Below are positions 1 through 7,988 of a stretch of 64,000 bases of DNA, in pieces. Position numbers and translations under genes: made by a program. Location of the stretch: assembly GCA_963744145.1 (NCBI GenBank), contig CAVUSO010000001.1, positions 2,062,831-2,126,830 of the forward strand, in the 5' to 3' direction. How positions within the stretch are numbered: position 1 is the stretch's first letter; each line of letters begins with the position of its first letter. The notes under the pieces were generated by a model. The model saw only the letters and a list, made by a program, of their open reading frames with translations, made no database searches and was not told where the DNA came from. This stretch comes from an uncultured cyanobacterium. GTDB taxonomy: Bacteria > Cyanobacteriota > Cyanobacteriia > Cyanobacteriales > CAWUOF01.

Positions 1-567
1 TCCTCTAATGCGATCGTGGTCTTGGAAGTTTTTGTTGGTTGGTTATTACAAGCAATTATTACTGGTTTAGCTTTTGCCAGATTCTCTCGTCCTCAAGCTC
101 AAGTTTTATTCAGCAACATTGCCGTCATTACTAATTATAATGGTATCCCAAGTCTAATGTTTCGTGTCGCTAATCAGCGGCATAATCAAATTTTACAAGC
201 CGAAATATCAGTAAGTTTATTTTGCTATGAAATTACCTTGGAAAATGAATCTATACCTCAATTTTATCAGCTAAATTTGGTTCGTAATAAATCGCCAATT
301 TTTGATTTAACCTGGAGAGTGATCCACCAGATCGATGCTAATAGTCCCCTGTATGGAATTACTCCTGAAGAACTTGTCCAAAAACAGATGGAAATTATCG
401 TCACCTTCACTGGACTAGATGAGACAGTTTCGCAAACAATTTATGCTCGTCATTCCTTTACAGCATCAGAAATCCAGTTGAATCGGCGATTTGTTGATAT
501 CATATCGGGTACTAACGGACGTCGTCAAATTGATTATGTGCGTTTTCACGAAACTATTCCAGGGTAG
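1..567 (+). CDS. Inward-rectifier (KirBac-type) potassium channel, 5'-truncated by the window edge (C-terminal cytoplasmic domain)
   Basis: Frame 1 is open from nt 1. The translation (…AFARFSRPQAQVLFSNIAVITNYNG…LVRNKSPIFDLTWRVIHQIDANSPLYGITPEEL…RHSFTASEIQLNRRFVDIISGTNGRRQIDYVRFHETIPG) is collinear with my recollection of the KirBac1.1 cytoplasmic Ig-like domain, including its xARFSRPxA…HxIDxxSPL…IDYxRF landmarks. Confidence 0.8.
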   Translation, partial: SSNAIVVLEVFVGWLLQAIITGLAFARFSRPQAQVLFSNIAVITNYNGIPSLMFRVANQRHNQILQAEISVSLFCYEITLENESIPQFYQLNLVRNKSPIFDLTWRVIHQIDANSPLYGITPEELVQKQMEIIVTFTGLDETVSQTIYARHSFTASEIQLNRRFVDIISGTNGRRQIDYVRFHETIPG

Positions 568-730
568 TTTTTTATCCCACATTCCGCAAGTCAATTTGTA
601 GTAATATACTTGGTAACAGCTAAAAGACATTGAAGCGATCGCCCGGATCAATTAATTAGGGTGCGATCGCCATTTTTTAGGTAATAAAAAAGAATTTTCT
701 CTATTGGATCGAGTAAATTTCAAAAAATAA

Positions 731-949
731 TTAAGCAATTTGTAGCCGACTAGGTTCAGGGATAGATTTACCTTCTGCTTGCCAACTTTCTAAATATATT
801 TCAATGACTTCTTCAGCATTATGAATTGCTTCTTCACGAGTTTTACCATGAGTGCAAGGCATAAAGACCCGCTCATCAAACTCTGGAATTGTCACTAAAA
901 AAAGCTGATCTTCATCAGACCATTGAATGAGCATACTATATTGACTCAT
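731..949 (-). CDS. hicB: HicB-family antitoxin (UPF0150)
   Basis: 72 aa. YSMLIQWSDEDQLFLVTIPEFDE…THGKTREEAIHNAEEVIEIYLESWQAEGKSIPEP fits the HicB N-domain consensus. It is translationally coupled to hicA. Confidence 0.7.
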   Translation of the reverse strand: MSQYSMLIQWSDEDQLFLVTIPEFDERVFMPCTHGKTREEAIHNAEEVIEIYLESWQAEGKSIPEPSRLQIA

Positions 950-1166
950 TATTATCCTCCCTTAATTCTTCTAATATAATAAGTAACTTCGCTAGTTGTT
1001 TTTCTAAGTATAATGGTACATCATCTCCATCTTGACCTGAAATAGTCAAGGTTTTTCCCAATAAAGGATGTCGCCAAAGTTCGTGACTTCCTTTACCACG
1101 TTTGGGTAGATAAACAAATCCTGCACGGGCAATCTGAATTTTTAACTCTCGAATTTTCCTAGGCAT
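936..1166 (-). CDS. hicA: HicA-family toxin (YcfA-like mRNA interferase)
   Basis: 76 aa. Motif KIRELKIQIARAGFVYLPKRGKGSHELWRHP matches the HicA consensus (KxxELIKxLxxxGW/F…KGSH). It overlaps the downstream hicB by 14 nt, the typical operon order. Confidence 0.7.
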   Translation of the reverse strand: MPRKIRELKIQIARAGFVYLPKRGKGSHELWRHPLLGKTLTISGQDGDDVPLYLEKQLAKLLIILEELREDNNESI

Positions 1167-1256
1167 GAATGTTGTTTGCCGATCGCAACTACACCAATAT
1201 TAGACTAAAATTGATTCAAACTCCGATCGCTCTTTTCTGGCGATCGCCCCATATAT

Positions 1257-4200
1257 ATGAAACGACAAGCGTTAGTTATTGGGATCAACCGCTATCCATT
1301 TTTAAAGCAGCATCTCGACGGACCCGATCGAGATGCTAATGATATTGCCAACTTGCTGGATCGTCCCCAGGAACATCCCGATGATTTTACTTGGTGTGTG
1401 GAACGCTTGCTTTCTGCCAAAATAGAAACAGAAGATAGCACAGTTAAAACAGAAGAACTGCGCGAAGCTATCCAGAATTTATTTTTACCAACTACCAAAA
1501 CGCCCCCAGAAGTAGTGTTGTTGTTTTTTGCTGGTCACGGACTGCGGAATAAAGCAGGAGAAGTTTACCTAGCTGCTAGTGATGTCTGTCCCACCAGAAA
1601 AGATAAATGGGGTTTTCCGATTGAGGAATTGCGGGAATTAATGCAAAAAAGTAAAATTCCCCAGCAGATAGTATTTCTCGATTGCTGTCATAGCGGTGAC
1701 TTAGTGAATGGGTTGACAAATTTAACAGAGCCAGAACTGCAACAATGGAACATCGGTGGGAGTCGATTAATTGTCACTGCTTGTAGAGACGATCGCACGG
1801 CTAAAGGTATTGGTAAACGCGGTGTACTTACTGAGGCACTTTTACAAGGACTCGACCCCCAAAACCGAGAAACTGGCTACTGGGTCAGCACTTACTTCCT
1901 CTACGAATTTTTAATGCGGCACATCAATTATAATCCCCTGCTCAAGGAGCAAATTCCACTATGCTATCGGTATGGAGAACCGATTAATTTTTGGATGGGG
2001 AAAGGAGAAAGCGATCGCCTCCCGACTTCAACAATAGGATGGTGGAAATCTATTTGTGAGCAACGCTTAGAACAGCAGCACGCGATCAGCAGCAAATTTT
2101 TAACAGGAATTGCCCCCAAAATTGAAGATGTTTATGTACCGCTTGGTTTGGTGGAACGCCAACAGAAAAGTCGCCAAAAAGACGGCGGTGAAATAGATGC
2201 AACGCGGGGTTCTGCTTTGTATGAAGAAACCGAAATTACCCGCCGATTCCAGCACCATGAATTTTTAGAAAATGTATTGCGACGCGGTGATAGTCCGAAA
2301 AGTAAAGGCAAACGATTAGTTATATTAGGAGAACCAGGAGCCGGAAAAACTACCTTACTTCAACAAGCATCTCGCTGGGTAGCAGCAGAAATTGAGGATG
2401 CAATTGTTTTGTGGGTTTCCCTAGCAGATTTGGGAGGAAGAAGTTTAGAGGATTATTTATTAGAAGTGTGGCTACTTGAAATAGTACGAATGGCTCTGGA
2501 AGTTAGCGTTTCTGAAACTGATAAAAAGGATTTTATTGTGCAGGTTGATCAGGGACGAGTGTGGCTGTTCCTTGACGGTGCAGATGAAATGGCAGCTAGC
2601 AAACCATTATTAAAAATTGATAAACAAATTCGCAATCCAGGTTGGTTAAATAAAGCACGAATTTTACTCACCTGTCGGCTCAATTTGTGGGATAGTGGCA
2701 GTAACCCTCTCGCTGAATTTGATGTTTACCGGACATTAGAGTTTGACTATCCGGTACAGGTAGAGCAGTTTATTAATAGTTGGTTTACTGATTTGGGTAA
2801 AACGGATGAGAAAGCAATTGCTAGAGGGCAGCAACTCTGTACTGCATTAAAAGAATCAGGAAAAGAGCGAATTCAAGATTTAGTTAAAAATCCTTTGCGG
2901 TTGACACTTTTATGCTTTACTTGGCATAAGTGGCAAGGTAAATTACCGGATACAAAAGCCGGACTTTATGAAAATTTTATCGAGCGATTTTATGAATGGA
3001 TAGAAAATAAGTTTCCGGTAACTGTTGAGAAGCAAGAACAGTTAAATAAGGCGCTGGGTGAGTTGGCGCGGGAGGCAATTGATAAAGAATTAACTCGGTT
3101 TCGCTTGCGGCGCAAGTTTGTTAGCAAGTTTTTGGGAAGTCCAAAGGATAAGAAGTCCCTCTTTTATCTGGCGTTACAGGTGGGTTGGTTGAATCAGGTA
3201 GGAGTAGATGCAGATAACCCAGATGAGCCAGTTTATGCGTTTTATCATGCCTCATTTCAGGAGTATTTTGCAGCATTAGCAGTTGAAGATTGGCAGTATT
3301 TTTTACATCACATACCGCAAAATCCGCAGTTAGGAACCTATCGAATTTTTGAGAAGCAGTGGAAACAGGTAATTTTGCTGTGGCTGGGACGTGAAAATAT
3401 ACCAAAAGACCAAAAAGAAGAGTTTATTAATGGGTTGGTAGAGTTTCATGATGGATGCAGAGGTTTTTATAAGTATCAAGCCTATTTTCTAGCGGCTGCG
3501 GGAATTGCTGAGTTCAAAACTTGTAACCGATCGCAGGAGATAGTAGCAGAGATTGTTAAGTGGGGTTTTGGTTATTTCGATAATGAAAAACAGTCATGGA
3601 TGACTTTTTATGAACCTATACCGGAAACCGCTAGGAAAGCATTAAAAGAAACCGATTCTCAAAAGGCGATCATTCTTATAACGCAGCTAATTAATACGGA
3701 TTGTTCTGAAAGTATCCGCTGGCAAGCGGCAGAAAGTTTAGGGGAAATCGACCCAGGGAATCCCCAGGCGATCGCGGTTTTCATCGACTTAATCGCTCAC
3801 TCCCATGATGAATTTACCCGTTGGAAAGCAGCAGAAGAGTTAGGGAAAATTGACCCAGGGAATCCTCAGGCGATCGCGGTTTTCATCGACTCAATCGCTC
3901 ACTCCCGTGTATATCCCCCCAGCGCAGCGGCAAAAAGGTTAGGGAAAATTGACCCAGGGAATCCCCAGGCAATCGCGGCTTTAATCGACTTAATCGCTCA
4001 CTCCCACTCCCATGATGAATATACCCGCACATCCGCAGCAAATAGTTTAGGGTACATTGCCCCAGGGAATCCCCAGGCGATCGCGGCTTTAATCGACTTA
4101 ATCACTCACTCCCATGATGAATATACCCGCAGATCCGCAGCAGATAGTTTAGGGAAAATTGACCCAGGGAATCCCCAGGCAATCACGGCTTTAATTGACT

Positions 4201-5267
4201 TAATCACTCACTCCCAAGATGAATCTATCCGCATAGAAGCAGCAGATAGTTTAGGGAAAATTGACCCAGGGAATCCCCAGACGATCGCGGCTTTAATTGA
4301 CTTAATCACTCACTCCCATGATGAAGATACCCGCAATCAAGCGGCATATAATTTAGGGAAAATTTGGTACATTGCCCCAGGGCATTCCCAGGCGATCGCG
4401 GCTTTAATCGACTTAATCGCTCACTCCCATGATGAAGATATCAGCAGGCAAGCGGCAGAAAGTTTAGGGTACATTGACCCAGGGAATCCCCAGGCGATCA
4501 CGACTTTGACTGACTTAATCGCTCGCTCCCAAGATGAATCTATCCGCATAGAAGCAGCAGATAGTTTAGGGTACATTGACCCATGGAATCCCCAGGTGAT
4601 CGCGGCTTTAATCGACTTAATCACTCACTCTCAGGATGAAAATATCCGCAGGCGAGCGGCATATAATTTAGGGAAAATAGGAAAAATTGCCCCAGGGCAT
4701 TCCCAGACGATCGCTATTTTAATTGACTTAATCGCTTACTCCCAGCATCACCACACCCGCTATCGAGCGGCAGAAAGTTTAGAGAAAATCCTGCTAGACG
4801 ATTTTATATCAGAAGGTGTTACTCTTTTGGGAGTAAGGCAAAATCAAGAAGGCTTCAAAGTTCTATGGCAATGTGCCCAAAAGATGTCCTATCCAGCTTT
4901 CTATGAAGCTTATACAGTTTCCACTCTTGAGTATTGTCAGAAGTGGCTGGAGATTAAACGAACCATCGGTGATAAGCGAGGTGAGGCAGATTATCTGATC
5001 GCAATAGGTACTTTATATCAACAAAGTCGGAAATTTCGGGAAGGACAGGCATTTCTTCAACAAGCTATATATATTTTACAGGAAATTAATGCACCTATTG
5101 ATGCTTATCCCTTTGCCCAGTGGTTAAAATCAATTATTAAATTTGCTAATGGGGGCAAGTTGCAGTTAGCTCTATGCTTTATTGCTGGTTTAATAGCATT
5201 TCCGATAGCATTTCCTTTGGCTTTGATGTGGTTTTTAGCAGTGTGGTTGTGGCGTAAATGGCATTAG
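1257..5267 (+). CDS. STAND (signalling NTPase) protein: N-terminal caspase-like peptidase C14 domain - NACHT NTPase - about 9 PBS-lyase-type HEAT repeats - C-terminal hydrophobic segment
   Basis: A caspase-type His/Cys dyad is present (FFAGHGL … FLDCCHSGD). Walker A is VILGEPGAGKTTLLQ, Walker B is WLFLDGADEM, and LLTCR matches the NACHT sensor motif. Ten copies of a ~40-aa unit (…IRxxAAxSLGKIDPGNPQAIAALIDLIxHSxDE…) are encoded by ~120-nt nucleotide repeats at 3700-4790. The final 50 aa are hydrophobic. Confidence 0.8.
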   Translation: MKRQALVIGINRYPFLKQHLDGPDRDANDIANLLDRPQEHPDDFTWCVERLLSAKIETEDSTVKTEELREAIQNLFLPTTKTPPEVVLLFFAGHGLRNKAGEVYLAASDVCPTRKDKWGFPIEELRELMQKSKIPQQIVFLDCCHSGDLVNGLTNLTEPELQQWNIGGSRLIVTACRDDRTAKGIGKRGVLTEALLQGLDPQNRETGYWVSTYFLYEFLMRHINYNPLLKEQIPLCYRYGEPINFWMGKGESDRLPTSTIGWWKSICEQRLEQQHAISSKFLTGIAPKIEDVYVPLGLVERQQKSRQKDGGEIDATRGSALYEETEITRRFQHHEFLENVLRRGDSPKSKGKRLVILGEPGAGKTTLLQQASRWVAAEIEDAIVLWVSLADLGGRSLEDYLLEVWLLEIVRMALEVSVSETDKKDFIVQVDQGRVWLFLDGADEMAASKPLLKIDKQIRNPGWLNKARILLTCRLNLWDSGSNPLAEFDVYRTLEFDYPVQVEQFINSWFTDLGKTDEKAIARGQQLCTALKESGKERIQDLVKNPLRLTLLCFTWHKWQGKLPDTKAGLYENFIERFYEWIENKFPVTVEKQEQLNKALGELAREAIDKELTRFRLRRKFVSKFLGSPKDKKSLFYLALQVGWLNQVGVDADNPDEPVYAFYHASFQEYFAALAVEDWQYFLHHIPQNPQLGTYRIFEKQWKQVILLWLGRENIPKDQKEEFINGLVEFHDGCRGFYKYQAYFLAAAGIAEFKTCNRSQEIVAEIVKWGFGYFDNEKQSWMTFYEPIPETARKALKETDSQKAIILITQLINTDCSESIRWQAAESLGEIDPGNPQAIAVFIDLIAHSHDEFTRWKAAEELGKIDPGNPQAIAVFIDSIAHSRVYPPSAAAKRLGKIDPGNPQAIAALIDLIAHSHSHDEYTRTSAANSLGYIAPGNPQAIAALIDLITHSHDEYTRRSAADSLGKIDPGNPQAITALIDLITHSQDESIRIEAADSLGKIDPGNPQTIAALIDLITHSHDEDTRNQAAYNLGKIWYIAPGHSQAIAALIDLIAHSHDEDISRQAAESLGYIDPGNPQAITTLTDLIARSQDESIRIEAADSLGYIDPWNPQVIAALIDLITHSQDENIRRRAAYNLGKIGKIAPGHSQTIAILIDLIAYSQHHHTRYRAAESLEKILLDDFISEGVTLLGVRQNQEGFKVLWQCAQKMSYPAFYEAYTVSTLEYCQKWLEIKRTIGDKRGEADYLIAIGTLYQQSRKFREGQAFLQQAIYILQEINAPIDAYPFAQWLKSIIKFANGGKLQLALCFIAGLIAFPIAFPLALMWFLAVWLWRKWH

Positions 5268-5412
5268 TATCTCAGCAGAAGAAGGGTGAAGCATTCGGAT
5301 ATAATATTACTGCCCTTCGACTACGCTCAGGGTAAAGTTTAAGCGTTCAATTTTCGCCCGAATGCTTCACCCCTACACTTAACTGAACCGTATTGCATTA
5401 AATCAAACAAAA

Positions 5413-5697
5413 ATGTCACCAAATACTCTCTTACTACCCCAATTCCAAAACCTACTCAATACGCTACCCATCGAAGGAGCAGTCCGCATCGAACTTGCCG
5501 AAGGAGTCCCGATTTTTCGAGCTTCTAGTGCTGTCCAAACTCGCATTAAGGAACTGCTCGAAAAACAAAGCTCTTTTCCCTTAACGATAGAAGAAGAACG
5601 AGAACTTGACCTTTATGAAGAAATCGACGATTACCTGAGTTTTGTTAATCGGACAATTCGCAATCTTTTTTTAGCTCAAACTCAGCTTAGTTTATAA
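5413..5697 (+). CDS. Hypothetical small protein (94 aa) flanked by two direct copies of a hairpin repeat
   Basis: Clean ORF with no recognisable motif. It sits between repeat copies at 5283-5400 and 5771-5900. Confidence 0.35.
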   Translation: MSPNTLLLPQFQNLLNTLPIEGAVRIELAEGVPIFRASSAVQTRIKELLEKQSSFPLTIEEERELDLYEEIDDYLSFVNRTIRNLFLAQTQLSL

Positions 5698-6083
5698 AGA
5701 TATCGGGGCTTTTTATTATGGGTTTAACCCTCATTGGGTGGGCAACAGTTGTCGGCTTAATCTCAATACAGTTCAGTTAATTGTAGGGGCGAAGCATTCG
5801 GGCGATAATTTATCACTTAAACCAGTTAATTTTATATCCGAATGCTTCGCCCTTCTTCTGTGCCGAGATCTCCAAAAACATTCTTAACTGAACCGTATTG
5901 TGCTTAATCTTGAATCGCGAAAGAGTTATTAATATAAGATATGCTGATCAAACCATAGGAAGACACCCGCCAGATGGCGATCGCATTCAGCCAGAAACTT
6001 AAACCGATTTCATGCTAAACTCATAGATGCAGTCTTACATTCTGGTTTCAAAAAATTAAAGATAATCAATAAGGACTAGAGCT

Positions 6084-6329
6084 ATGAGTATTGTGATCTC
6101 CGATGAAATTTTAACTATAACTCGCATGACTGAACCGGAAATGAGACAAGAAATTGCTGTTCTGCTCTTTCAGAGGGAAAAGTTGACACTTGCTCAAGCG
6201 AGTCGATTTGCTGCTATGAACCGGATTGCTTTTCAACACCTCCTCGCAAGTCGTCAAATCCCAGTACATTACGGTGTAGAAGATTTTGAACAAGACATTA
6301 AGAACTTACGGGAGATGGGTAGACTGTGA
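6084..6329 (+). CDS. UPF0175-family antitoxin-like protein
   Basis: 81 aa. EMRQEIAVLLFQREKLTLAQASRFAAMNRIAFQHLLASRQIPVHY…EDFEQDIKNL matches the UPF0175 pattern (…LSLGKAAELAGMSxxEFxxLLxxRGIPxxY…EDLExDL). Confidence 0.65.
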   Translation: MSIVISDEILTITRMTEPEMRQEIAVLLFQREKLTLAQASRFAAMNRIAFQHLLASRQIPVHYGVEDFEQDIKNLREMGRL

Positions 6330-6457
6330 TCATTGTCAGCGATCGCACAGTGATTGAAGCACTGAGTAACGAACTTGATCCAGGTGAGGCTGAGGCGATC
6401 GCTTTGGCGCTGGAACTAAAAGCCGATCAAATTTTGATTGATGAACACTTGCCCTAA
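6326..6457 (+). pseudogene. Truncated DUF3368/PIN-like toxin remnant downstream of the UPF0175 gene
   Basis: A short ORF overlapping the UPF0175 stop encodes VIIVSDRTVIEALSNELDPGEAEAIALALELKADQILIDEHLP then stops. This resembles only the C-terminal ~45 aa of DUF3368 partners (…GEAEAIALAxExxADxLLIDE). Confidence 0.45.
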
Positions 6458-6617
6458 CCTTAAAATTATCAAACACCATTTGACAGCGATCGCCTCTTAC
6501 TTCACCAACCATCACTCTTATTAAAAGCCGTTAATGCTAAAAGCAAAGAATGGGATAATTGGCAGATTTGACCCAATTAGTGCTATAGTTTAGCTTAATT
6601 CATTACAAGGAAAAGCT

Positions 6618-6827
6618 ATGGCTGAAATTACCCTAGACGAAACCAAAATCAAGGAACTGTTCAAAGCCGCAATTGTTGAGGTACTGCAAGAACAAAAAGA
6701 AGTGTTTTTTGACCTTTTAGCAGAAGCATTAGAAGATCTAGCCATAGAAAGTGCTATCAAAGAAGGTGAGAATACTGAAACAGTCAGCCGCGAGGAGATT
6801 TTCAAACTCCTGAAGAGATTACCATGA
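6618..6827 (+). CDS. Hypothetical small acidic protein (69 aa)
   Basis: An ORF with a plausible RBS context (aaggaaaagctATG). No recognisable motif. Confidence 0.35.
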   Translation: MAEITLDETKIKELFKAAIVEVLQEQKEVFFDLLAEALEDLAIESAIKEGENTETVSREEIFKLLKRLP

Positions 6828-6957
6828 ATATTGATGCTCTGTACTTATATAATCAGCTAGCGATCGCGTTTCACTCACCAACTATAAATAGCTGTAATCT
6901 AAAGGATGCGAAAAAATATTAGGCAAAGAAGACGATCGCTGATTTGATCCCAAAATA

Positions 6958-7292
6958 TTCTTAACTGAACCCTATTGTGCTATAATCTAGCTGAATCGAT
7001 TACCAAGAAAGTTTCAGTTGTTGATCAAAAACTGTCCGGACTATTGATTGATCAAGTACAGTAAGATTGTGGGACAAGCATCTTGCCTGTCCGATAAATT
7101 TGTCAGTTAAAGTCAGTTGTTAGTTATCTGTGTTGGTTGGGCAGGTTTATGATGGTGATCTGTTTGGAGCAAAATTGATTGGTGAACCTGCCCCTACAAA
7201 TCCTGGTTGATTGTGATTATAAATTCATCGATCATACATTTTATGATCTAGTTTAATCTGAAAACACGCCGCATCATAGTTCAATCCGGTTC
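6958..7292. mobile_element. MITE-like element (~335 bp) bounded by terminal inverted repeats CTTAACTGAACC…GGTTCAGTTAAG
   Basis: The left end at 6960-6980 (cttaactgaaccctattg) is the reverse complement of the right end at 7271-7292 (caatccggttcagttaagc). The interior is non-coding and carries a GGGACAAGCATCTTGCCTGTCC palindrome (7068-7092) and a long hairpin (7141-7195). The same TTAACTGAACCGTATTG terminus recurs at 5381, 5868, 18340, 47479 and 50726. Confidence 0.45.
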
Positions 7293-7541
7293 AGTTAAGC
7301 TAGGTCAGGTATATTTATCCTGATCTTGGTTACTGATGCTTGTCCGCTCGTTTACTCCTTGTTTAATCAAAAAGTCATTAAAGCTTGACATCTTTTTCAT
7401 AAATAGTAAAAATAGATACAGAACTTCTGAAAGTTTTTCAAAAGTTGCAAATTGCTCCCTGATCAGGAAACCCAGCTACTGGGACAATTTCCCTAGACTA
7501 GAGCTTAGTTAACCACTGTTAGAGACTTTTTTGGGCCAATT

Positions 7542-7952
7542 ATGCAATTAACTAATCGCGGTGTTAGCTACGAATATCGTCACCCTTCGATTGAAGTCAC
7601 GGAAGGGGAACTTCTCAACAAATACCAGAGTAGGAATGACACCTGTCATTATCCCAGACATATTCCCGTACCACATCCACCTTTAAATGTCAGCTATCGT
7701 CGCTTGGCTAATCGCTCGGCTCGAATGGGACAAACGGCTCAAGAGGAAAATGAAGCTCCAAAGTTTTTGTATATGATTGAGCATCCTTTGACTCGCGATC
7801 GCCAAGAAATTTTAACAGAAATTGCCAGGGTTCACCTGAATAATATCTGTCAAAACTTAGAACACCGTCTTCGAGTAGCTCAAGCGAAACAGGATCACGA
7901 ATTAATTAAAGTTTTGGAAGCGGAATGTCAACAACTAACTTGTTCCTTGTAA
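7542..7952 (+). CDS. DUF4278-family cyanobacterial protein
   Basis: N-terminus MQLTNRGVSYEYRHPSIEVTEGE matches the DUF4278 signature (MKLTYRGVSYEYNPP…). It is followed by a strong terminator. Confidence 0.55.
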   Translation: MQLTNRGVSYEYRHPSIEVTEGELLNKYQSRNDTCHYPRHIPVPHPPLNVSYRRLANRSARMGQTAQEENEAPKFLYMIEHPLTRDRQEILTEIARVHLNNICQNLEHRLRVAQAKQDHELIKVLEAECQQLTCSL

Positions 7953-7958
7953 AAACAT

Positions 7959-7988
7959 GAGGAGGTTTTCGATACCTCCTCTTTTTTT
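7959..7988. terminator. Bidirectional rho-independent terminator between convergent genes
   Basis: gaggaggttttcgatacctcctc hairpin (8-bp GC-rich stem) followed by TTTTTTT on the + strand and preceded by an A-run. It serves the 136-aa gene (+) and rtcB (-). Confidence 0.75.

Noticed and set aside
1292-1498. Minus-strand ORFs nested inside large plus-strand genes (1292..1498, 3121..3405, 4421..4624, 35332..35574, 39046..39441, 40970..41158, 46177..46395, 49916..50122 and similar)
   Set aside because: They lie wholly within well-supported CDSs on the opposite strand, have no RBS or motifs, and are repeat-derived. They are spurious.
3700-4790. Possible non-coding tandem repeat or CRISPR-like array
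   Set aside because: The ~120-bp periodicity is in frame within a long ORF and encodes HEAT repeats. It is coding.
7255-7292. tRNA T-arm-like GTTCAATCC motif suggesting a tRNA gene
   Set aside because: No acceptor, D or anticodon stems can be formed. The sequence is the reverse complement of the TTAACTGAACC MITE terminus.
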